A stretch of 8,615 bases of DNA from Candidatus Wukongarchaeum yapensis (GTDB lineage Archaea > Asgardarchaeota > Wukongarchaeia > Wukongarchaeales > Wukongarchaeaceae), in NCBI GenBank assembly GCA_016840425.1, contig JAEOSI010000083.1:1-8615 (forward strand), in the 5' to 3' direction. Of this stretch, positions 1 through 6,364 are shown piece by piece (position 1 is the stretch's first letter; each line of letters starts with the position of its first letter). The notes under the pieces are model-generated. The model ran no database searches. It was given only the letters and a program-made list of their open reading frames with translations, and had not been told where the DNA came from. Both the position numbers and the translations under genes were made by a program.

Positions 1-1155
1 TTGTGCCCATAAAAGTATGCTGAAAGTTATGCTTGCACCAAAACGAGCGAAGGATTTAGCACTGATCCGTTTTTTCTTCATTTTTTCGCCTTCAAGAAGA
101 TCTTTGTTAACCATAGCTTGGATGGCGTCTTTAGCCATTTCTTCAGACATTCCCGTATCTTGGCTAACTTTTTCAGGAGTAATTTCTGCTTCAGGATTTT
201 CCTTTTGTCTTTCTATAAGCTTAGAAATAGCTTCTCTGAACTTTTTCATCTTTAGGCTTATAACGGTAGCGAGGCCTACACCGCAAGCAATACAGAATTT
301 TGCATCATAGGGAACTTCTATCCAACATTCTCCACAACGGTTTGTAATAATATGTCTTGAGGCTCCTGCTATTTTTCGGGCGGAAATATCTGTTCCTTTT
401 GCAATGGCTTGAACAAAAGTGTTATCCATCCCGAAGGGTTGACTACCTGAGAGGGATGAAGCACTTGAAGCACCTGCCCCACTTGTAACAAGACCAACTG
501 CGCCAACCGCAGCAATTACCGTGGCAACAGCGGCAATAGCTCCCACAACCGTTGTTAAAGGATTCCCTTCTAAATTAATATAGAACGTTTTCGGACCCCA
601 TAAAGTTATTTCAGCAGGGGCTCTTGAACTAACGCTCTCTTCCATGAATAGCGATGAACTGAGTTCTTCGCCTATAAGCTCAACTTTTAACTTGTAAACG
701 CCTACAGTGAGATATTCGAGATTTATATCAAGATCTGCTTCTTCCAAGTTTATGGTATCATTATCATGAATGTTGTTATGTTCTACCGGATCTACTACTA
801 TTCCAGGTACATCTGCTTCATATGAAGGAAGGTCTGCGCCAGCATAGGTAACTGTTATCTTGATATAGTTTGCTCTTACCGCGGGGCCCTCTTTATAGGT
901 TATGTTATACTCAACGAAGATGTCTTCGCTTGGGTCTATGTCGATGGCGTTTCCTGCAGAACCTGCTTTAAAGATGTCCATTTTTTCTCCGTCTCCCTGC
1001 CATATGTAGATGTTGATGTCCCACTCGCCAACGCCTCTAGGCGTTATTTGTTGGTCTTTAACACCGTTACCGTTTTGAGAAGCACTTATTGTCAAGAACG
1101 CTAGGAAAAGCAAGAATATTAATAACTTATATTTTGGTCGGTTATTTTTTCCCAT
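1..1155 (-). CDS. Partial (3'-truncated) receptor-like membrane protein: signal peptide, beta-rich ectodomain, TM helix, CxxC-x10-CxxC zinc ribbon, probable HTH/winged helix
   Basis: Translated by hand: ATG at 1155 opens a 385-codon frame with no stop before base 1, which is why the track lacks it. MGKNNRPKYKLLIFLLFLAFLTISA (signal peptide-like); NIT and NDT sequons; TM TVVGAIAAVATVIAAVGAVGLV (~487-555); CGECWIEVPYDAKFCIACG (283-336); EITPEKVSQDTGMSEEMAKDAIQAMVNKDLLEG (~88-189). Confidence 0.85.
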   Translation of the reverse strand, partial: MGKNNRPKYKLLIFLLFLAFLTISASQNGNGVKDQQITPRGVGEWDINIYIWQGDGEKMDIFKAGSAGNAIDIDPSEDIFVEYNITYKEGPAVRANYIKITVTYAGADLPSYEADVPGIVVDPVEHNNIHDNDTINLEEADLDINLEYLTVGVYKLKVELIGEELSSSLFMEESVSSRAPAEITLWGPKTFYINLEGNPLTTVVGAIAAVATVIAAVGAVGLVTSGAGASSASSLSGSQPFGMDNTFVQAIAKGTDISARKIAGASRHIITNRCGECWIEVPYDAKFCIACGVGLATVISLKMKKFREAISKLIERQKENPEAEITPEKVSQDTGMSEEMAKDAIQAMVNKDLLEGEKMKKKRISAKSFARFGASITFSILLWAQ

Positions 1156-1310
1156 ATTAAACACGGCCAAAAAATGATTATTTATGATTATACAAAATTT
1201 ATCATAAAGTTATTGGATAAAATATTTTATTAATTTTTGTTAGAATGGTAAGTTTTTAAAGTTGAATCAAGATAAGTTTAATGAGCGGTTTTTGAAGGTT
1301 TTGATTCTTT
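1156..1310. promoter_or_regulatory. Divergent promoter region
   Basis: Very AT-rich gap between divergently oriented genes, containing TATA-like stretches such as AAGTTTTTAAA (~1250-1260). Exact elements cannot be assigned. Confidence 0.4.
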
Positions 1311-2045
1311 ATGTCTTGGGAAGGCAGATCTGTTGTGATACTTGGCGGAGGAAATTTTGGAACCCGGGCCCTTGAATTTCTTAAGGAAAAGGGTTCTAGG
1401 ATCGTTGTTATTGATCTTTATCCTGAGTGTAAAGCACAAAGTTTTTTGGATCGCGAAGTTAGAGACGTAATGGTTCTTGAGCAGCTTGAAAACGGTGAAG
1501 CGGTGTTTTTAAAGAGTGATGGGGTAGTTGAAGCTTTAAAACTCCTTAAAAACGGTATTATACCCCACATGATCGTGCCCGCAATCCCGGTCCATACAAC
1601 CGCGATACTCGTGCTTGAGACGTTAAAAATGGAGGGGCTTGAAGTTAAACCTTTTGAAGAAAAAACAAGGGAAGTTGCGATTAGAATACCTGAAGACCTA
1701 ATAATTACTTTGGATGAAAAAAATGCCATCATTGTTACCAGCTTTATGCAAGATCCTCAAGGTTGTGATCCTAACTGTATACCTCCTCCCGATCATTGTA
1801 GCGTTACTAAAAGACCCAGACCTGTACCAATGTTTGATATCTTGAGGGAAGCCCTTAATGATCAAGTAGATTTTGGACGAGTTTTAGAGTCTGAACAAAT
1901 TGGAAGCGGTGTTGGAGGTTATTATGGCCAAGATCTTTACGGGATCCTTGAAGATTTGAAAAGAGAAAAGAGAAAAGATTTTTCTATCGGTATTGGGACT
2001 GCTTGTACTTGTCACGGTGTGGTGAATTTTTTTAAGATAAGTTAA
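1311..2045 (+). CDS. Uncharacterised NAD(P)-binding Rossmann protein (TrkA_N-like N-terminus) with Cys/His-rich C-terminal domain
   Basis: VVILGGGNFG glycine-rich loop followed by an acidic strand end (IVVID); IVPAIPVH; C-terminal CDPNCIPPPDHC, SEQIGSGVGGY and TACTCHG motifs. Confidence 0.8.
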   Translation: MSWEGRSVVILGGGNFGTRALEFLKEKGSRIVVIDLYPECKAQSFLDREVRDVMVLEQLENGEAVFLKSDGVVEALKLLKNGIIPHMIVPAIPVHTTAILVLETLKMEGLEVKPFEEKTREVAIRIPEDLIITLDEKNAIIVTSFMQDPQGCDPNCIPPPDHCSVTKRPRPVPMFDILREALNDQVDFGRVLESEQIGSGVGGYYGQDLYGILEDLKREKRKDFSIGIGTACTCHGVVNFFKIS

Positions 2046-2121
2046 CATTTTTCCCTCTTATTAATGGGTGTTTTAGTGTTTTTATAGGATTTTTTAATTG
2101 GCATAATTGTTGGTGTTTTTA

Positions 2122-2736
2122 ATGGTTGCAGGAAGTAGTAGCGAGGAAAAAGATTTACAAAACGTTTTTAGGTATTTAGGAGGGTTGCAAGGCGTTGTTG
2201 GAGTTGCTGTTTTAGATCAAAATCAGCAGGAAACCGTTTTAAAGTTGGAAGAAAAAGCGATGGAGAACGTTTTAGGCGGTATGGGAAAAGGAAAAAATGA
2301 AGGTTTAAAAGAAGCCCTCTCAAAAAGCATAGTTTTGGCCATGTTCACAGATATGAAGTTTTACGTTAATTTTCCACCACATATTGATACTATGAAGCTT
2401 ATTTGTAAAGGAGAGGTTGTTGGAGAGACCACGACAGATCCTGTAAAACTTGAAAAATTCAAAAAGGACCCTGACATGATTGTTATCAGCGACTTTTTTG
2501 CCTTAAAAAAAGGGGCTAAGATCAACAAGCAAGCCTTTGAATGTGGAGACGCATATTTTCTGTTTTCCCCCATCCGTGCTGAAATTTTTGCAGAAATACC
2601 TGAAATAACAGACCATGTCTTATCTATTCCCTCGCCTCCAGTATTTGACTTCATAAAGAAAGAATTTGAGAATGAAATTGATTTTTCCGACCCGCAACTT
2701 GCAGTTATGATATTGGGATTAGACCTTAAAACCTAA
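2122..2736 (+). CDS. Hypothetical soluble archaeal protein
   Basis: Long ORF with protein-like composition. ATG 2122 is preferred over the track's TTG 2107 because GGTG (2112-2115) precedes it. Motifs NEGLKEALSK, FPPH, GEVVGE, SIPSPP. No function recognised. Confidence 0.75.
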   Translation: MVAGSSSEEKDLQNVFRYLGGLQGVVGVAVLDQNQQETVLKLEEKAMENVLGGMGKGKNEGLKEALSKSIVLAMFTDMKFYVNFPPHIDTMKLICKGEVVGETTTDPVKLEKFKKDPDMIVISDFFALKKGAKINKQAFECGDAYFLFSPIRAEIFAEIPEITDHVLSIPSPPVFDFIKKEFENEIDFSDPQLAVMILGLDLKT

Positions 2737-2813
2737 CAGTTTAGGATCTAAAGCGGGTGTTTTTTGTCTAGATTACGTTTAAATTTGTTCTTTTAGGTAT
2801 AGATAAGTGATTG

Positions 2814-3377
2814 TTAGAGATAAGTGATTATTAAGGTTATTAGGAGTAGAGTCCCGATCAAGTCTCCTATAGTGGTTACCGTGGGGATCGTGAAGTTGTC
2901 AGGGTCAAGACCGCGGGAATAAGTCATTTTTGCTGCAAAAAGCCCTATAAACATCATAAGAATTGTCGTGACTATTCCTGAAAAAGCCACAATTAAAATG
3001 AAGTTTGAAAAAGTGACATTTATTTCAAAAAAGATTGAAGCCACAGCTATTCCAATAAATGCAAGGAATAAGAATCCTGTGAAAGCTACAAGCACCATGC
3101 TTATCATATTCAAAAAGAGGACTTTGTAAGGCTTAAAATCGTCATCGATTTCACCCACATAGAGGCTAGAGGTTATCCTAGAAGTAAAAACACTCGCTAA
3201 ACTACCAGACATATTTATGAAAGCTGGAAGGATCAGAAGAATAATGGAGTATTTTTCGATTATGTTTCCCGCAAAACCTTCTAAAAAATTACCCGTAACC
3301 ATTGAAAATATGATTATGAAGGTAAGAAAAGGCAAGCTCTCATTAATAATTGCCTGAGCATCATAATATCTTTCCAT
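2814..3377 (-). CDS. mgtE: MgtE/SLC41 integral-membrane Mg2+ transporter domain (second half of split pair)
   Basis: About five hydrophobic segments; PAFINMSGSLASVFTSRITS and DPDNFTIPTVTTIGD match the MgtE Px6GN and PDx4Px6D motifs; AGGAGG ribosome-binding site upstream; no CBS domains. Confidence 0.9.
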   Translation of the reverse strand: MERYYDAQAIINESLPFLTFIIIFSMVTGNFLEGFAGNIIEKYSIILLILPAFINMSGSLASVFTSRITSSLYVGEIDDDFKPYKVLFLNMISMVLVAFTGFLFLAFIGIAVASIFFEINVTFSNFILIVAFSGIVTTILMMFIGLFAAKMTYSRGLDPDNFTIPTVTTIGDLIGTLLLITLIITYL

Positions 3378-3392
3378 CTTCTTAACCTCCTA

Positions 3393-3989
3393 TTAAGGCA
3401 ACCATCCAGAGATGGACAATGTAAACTTGGCTACTATTAGTAAGTATATTATTGTTAGAATGTCCCCCACAACAGATAGAGCAGGTATTGTGACATTATC
3501 GGGATCAAGACCAAGATGGGAGGAGTATGTCGCAATGAAAACCGTAAACCCAACTTGGCTCACCCCAGCCAAAGTTGAAGTTAAAACAGCTATCAAAATA
3601 AATTCTAGTAAACTCATATGTTTAAAGCCGAGCAAAATACTGCTTATAAACGCTAAAACTCCAAGAGAAAAACTCATTAGGAGACCCAAAGATACCGATG
3701 CTTTAACATTCTCTCTCACGTCTTCATTAAACTTGTCTTCCCAGCTTACAATACCCAAATGGATAGCAGAACCTAAACGCTGACCCAAAGCTCCGCTAAT
3801 ATTCCCCCTAGCTTCCATCAACCCTGGAACGATTATGAACAAACCTGGAAGGAGTTCATAAAAATCTTCTATACCTATTAAAAACACTCCTACCCATATC
3901 TCAGCCACAATAGTTACAAGTATTATGGGGGCAGTCTCCTTATAAGTCGTTAACACCAAATCTTTCTCAGACAAGAAAAAAACCCCCAC
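3393..3989 (-). CDS. mgtE: MgtE/SLC41 integral-membrane Mg2+ transporter domain (first half of split pair)
   Basis: PGLMEARGNISGALGQRLGS and DPDNVTIPALSVVGD motifs; about five TM segments. The start could be GTG 3989 or TTG 3974. Confidence 0.9.
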   Translation of the reverse strand: MGVFFLSEKDLVLTTYKETAPIILVTIVAEIWVGVFLIGIEDFYELLPGLFIIVPGLMEARGNISGALGQRLGSAIHLGIVSWEDKFNEDVRENVKASVSLGLLMSFSLGVLAFISSILLGFKHMSLLEFILIAVLTSTLAGVSQVGFTVFIATYSSHLGLDPDNVTIPALSVVGDILTIIYLLIVAKFTLSISGWLP

Positions 3990-4002
3990 AAAATAGATTT
4001 AA

Positions 4003-4329
4003 CTTGTTCGGCGAAAAGTCCCCCTGCGACAGCTGGGGATGAAAACCGAAACACATTTATGTTTTTCACCGTAGTATATCTTTTTATGCCCGACTAGATG
4101 GAAGCATATCTTCTAATAAATGACCAGTCATCACATCATAAGGCTATATCTCCGCCGTGAGCAACTGCCCATTTTTGCAAGAATTCTCCTAAAAAAGGGA
4201 TAGTAGGAACCATGAGAAACCCGCAAGCTTTCGAAAGCCCATAAGTGGACGAAGCATCGCTTTTGGTGACAAAGTGAGAACACTATAGAAAGCTGGAAGC
4301 CCCATCCAATAGGGTGGGAAACATGCCAC
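4003..4329 (+). mobile_element. Internally deleted, non-autonomous IS200/IS605 (IS1341/tnpB-type) element, MITE-like
   Basis: Left-end hairpin CCCCTGC-GACA-GCTGGGG (4021-4038) followed by ATGAA; right-end GGAAGC-CCCATCC-AATA-GGGTGGG hairpin (4301-4318) ending ...CCAC (4329); a tnpB-like mini-ORF lies between them. Boundaries are approximate. Confidence 0.7.
4120..4203 (+). pseudogene. tnpB: tnpB remnant (N-terminus fused to C-terminus by deletion)
   Basis: MTSHHIIRLYLRREQLPIFARILLKKG*: RLYxxxEQ has the spacing of the TnpB N-terminal RLYPxxEQ motif, and ARILLKKG resembles the C-terminal AAxNILxxG motif. Confidence 0.55.
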
Positions 4330-4445
4330 TAACATAAACAAACAAGAAAAAATTATCAAAATAAAAACAAGGTAATCATATAAAAACATTCTAACTTCTA
4401 AAATGAAAAAAAATGCGGGAGAAAAGAAAGAAAAAGTTTTCCTCA

Positions 4446-4482
4446 CTTTAAAGAAAAGAAAAAAGAGGGCGTTAGAGCCCCT
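4446..4482 (-). terminator. Possible terminator downstream of the mtrH-like gene
   Basis: On the minus strand a weak GGGC/GCCC stem (4467-4480) is followed by a long T-rich tract (TTTTTTCTTTTCTTT). Confidence 0.3.
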
Positions 4483-4567
4483 ATAAAAGGCTTTTTTAAT
4501 CTGTTTTTCTGGTCTTTTTGGATTTTATCATTGATATTTTGTGGGGGAGAAGTTTAGCTTACATTTG

Positions 4568-4681
4568 TTTAGCTTGTTCCACGAAATCTGGGAAAAGTAC
4601 AGCTAATGGGTGTTTCTCACATCATCGATTTAGCTTGTTCCACGAAATCTGGGAAAAGTACAGCTAATGGGTGTTTCTCAC
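4568..4681. repeat. Exact 53 bp direct repeat (4568-4620 and 4629-4681) separated by 8 bp
   Basis: tttagcttgttccacgaaatctgggaaaagtacagctaatgggtgtttctcac occurs twice with spacer atcatcga; it overlaps the 3' end of the mtrH-like gene. Confidence 0.98.
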
Positions 4682-5600
4682 TGGGGGGTAGTGTTTTTTC
4701 GGTTCCATATCTCAAGGTTGCTAGGATAGAGTCAGCAACTGCACATGTAGGAAAGAGCCACGCATTATTTTCAATTGCGCCATAGAGTAAGAAGTCGCAA
4801 TAGTATATCGCGGTTATAGCATGGCCTGCTGAGTCTATTCCTTCAAAAACAGTTTTGCCCCAGATCTTCTTTACTGATCTCTTTTTCTCAAGGTTTTCAG
4901 GGTCAGGTAATCTCCAGGCGTCACTGCCGTTAGATGGAGCGCAGCCAGCCGGCCAGCCGTATTTTTCTTTAACTAAATGGTTAGCGAGCATTGAATAGGC
5001 TATTAAAGGCACGGTTAAAACAGAAGTATCTATTAACAAGTTTGTAAACCCTGCGTCTTGGGCGGCTTTTATTAATTTTTGATCAAGTAGTGTGATACGA
5101 CCTTGTGGGCTTGGATCTTCTGTGTTGAAAGCGACCAGTAATGCATTAGATAGTTTTAGTTCTTTAAGCGTGTCTATTTCAGACTGCAAATCTTCACTCC
5201 AAGGAGCTATACTGTTATAAATCACTCTGCCTTTTAACCCAGCTTCTACTGCGTACTTTGCTCCTCCCAGTTTGGGGGGTACTTTCCAAGCATCGATCAT
5301 TATTGGCCAGTCGCAATGGGAAGCAACAAAATCGATGTATTTTTCCATCTCTTCTGGGAAATTAGCGACAACATCAATACAGGCAGAAATCCCGTACCTG
5401 TCGCACATCTCGTCATGGTGAGCAAGAAGTTCTTCAGCGCGTGCTTTATCAAAAGTACCTTCCTTTCTTTTCCCTACAATAGAGTGACCGCTGTAAAACA
5501 TAGTACCGATCATAAATATTGGATTTTCTCCGGGTTTTCCTCCAACTTTTAACCCGCCTATATCTAAAACTTTTTGAGGCGTTTTAATTTCTATACACAT
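4617..5600 (-). CDS. mtrH: MtrH-family methyltetrahydromethanopterin/methylcorrinoid methyltransferase (stand-alone, MtrH/MtgA-like)
   Basis: IGGLKVGGKPGENPIFMIGTMFYSGH N-terminus, IMID, IYNSI, LLIDT, GCAPSN and DFLLYGAIE motifs of the MtrH pterin-binding barrel. ATG 5600 preferred over GTG 5612 because GAGGTGA lies 8 nt upstream. Confidence 0.9.
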   Translation of the reverse strand: MCIEIKTPQKVLDIGGLKVGGKPGENPIFMIGTMFYSGHSIVGKRKEGTFDKARAEELLAHHDEMCDRYGISACIDVVANFPEEMEKYIDFVASHCDWPIMIDAWKVPPKLGGAKYAVEAGLKGRVIYNSIAPWSEDLQSEIDTLKELKLSNALLVAFNTEDPSPQGRITLLDQKLIKAAQDAGFTNLLIDTSVLTVPLIAYSMLANHLVKEKYGWPAGCAPSNGSDAWRLPDPENLEKKRSVKKIWGKTVFEGIDSAGHAITAIYYCDFLLYGAIENNAWLFPTCAVADSILATLRYGTEKTLPPSEKHPLAVLFPDFVEQAKSMM

Positions 5601-5799
5601 TTGAGGGTTCACCTCTCGTTAAGAAAGTTTTTATGAAGAATAGTAAACAAGGTTTTTTTTAACTTTCCTTGTTTCTCATTTTTGAGAAGTATACGCCCTT
5701 ATTAAATCTTATCTACTATGAGGAACGAAATATTCAAGTTAAATGAATTAGTAAGTAAAGCTGGGAAGTTTTTGGTTTGTGAAAAAGGAGGATTTTTTG
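5601..5799. promoter_or_regulatory. Divergent promoter region between mtrH-like gene and the dynactin-like pair
   Basis: AT-rich gap between divergent starts, with a ribosome-binding motif on each side (GAGGTGA on -, GGAGGA on +). TATA/BRE positions are uncertain. Confidence 0.4.
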
Positions 5800-6330
5800 A
5801 TGATAATTGAGAACCGAGGGAAAAAGCCTACTGTTTCTAAAACAGCCTTTGTTGATGAAGAAGCGAAAGTTATAGGGAATGTGATCATTGGTGATCATAG
5901 TTATATTGCGCCTGGGGCTGTGATTCGTGGCGACCTTGCCCGGGTGGTTTTAGAAAACTATACCGCAGTGCAAGATGGCACCTTACTATATCCTGCAGAA
6001 CATTTTATGGACGGTTTGATGGAGCATAAAGAGATTTTGATTGGTTCTCATGTTATTATAGGGAAATATTGCATTATTCAAGCCACCTATGTTGGTGATG
6101 CTGTTTTTATAGGATCATCAAGCGTTCTCGACAGGGAATGCCAGATTAGTGATGGAACCGTTGTTGCCGCAGGTACTGTTGTTCCTCCTTGGATGATTGT
6201 TCCTCCCCGCGTCGTTGTTGGCGGTCAACCTGCAAGAGAATATAGACGCTTATCGCCAGGAGACGTGGAAAAACAGAGGGAAAATGCTGAAACTTATTCA
6301 AAATTTGTCGAAAAAGTTTTGAAAAGATGA
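5800..6330 (+). CDS. Left-handed beta-helix protein, gamma-CA-like but lacking the Zn histidines; dynactin p25 (DCTN5)-like
   Basis: Hexapeptide repeats; IRGDLARV, IGSHVII, VVPPWMIVPP and GGQPA motifs; Tyr, Lys and Gln occupy the three gamma-CA His positions. GGAGGA (5787-5792) supports ATG 5800. The fold call is secure; the p25 assignment is less so. Confidence 0.75.
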   Translation: MIIENRGKKPTVSKTAFVDEEAKVIGNVIIGDHSYIAPGAVIRGDLARVVLENYTAVQDGTLLYPAEHFMDGLMEHKEILIGSHVIIGKYCIIQATYVGDAVFIGSSSVLDRECQISDGTVVAAGTVVPPWMIVPPRVVVGGQPAREYRRLSPGDVEKQRENAETYSKFVEKVLKR

Positions 6331-6364
6331 AAAAATTTATTGTTTTTTGGATGGAGCGATTCTA

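Noticed and set aside
17-310. 97 aa plus-strand ORF from the track
   Set aside because: Antisense shadow of the longer minus-strand membrane protein, which has coherent domain motifs.
1418-1732. 104 aa minus-strand ORF
   Set aside because: Lies wholly antisense within the Rossmann protein gene; no recognisable motifs.
1311-2045. TrkA potassium-uptake regulator
   Set aside because: Only the Rossmann fold is shared; the C-terminal half is a Cys-rich domain unlike TrkA_C.
2361-2654. 97 aa minus-strand ORF
   Set aside because: Antisense shadow of 2122-2736.
3412-3783. 123 aa plus-strand ORF
   Set aside because: Antisense shadow of the MgtE half.
4189-4446. 85 aa hydrophobic minus-strand ORF
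   Set aside because: The Phe/Leu richness comes from reading A-rich intergenic DNA backwards, and it crosses the IS right end.
4568-4681. CRISPR array interpretation of the direct repeat
   Set aside because: Only two copies, 53 bp long with an 8 bp spacer, identical to coding sequence, and no cas genes.
5316-5552. 78 aa plus-strand ORF
   Set aside because: Antisense shadow of the mtrH-like gene.
4617-5600. Evidence of methanogenesis
   Set aside because: MtrH alone is not diagnostic; no other mtr or mcr genes are in the window.
5800-6330. Active gamma-carbonic anhydrase or acyltransferase call
   Set aside because: All three Zn-binding His positions are substituted, so the default annotation would miss the p25-like features.
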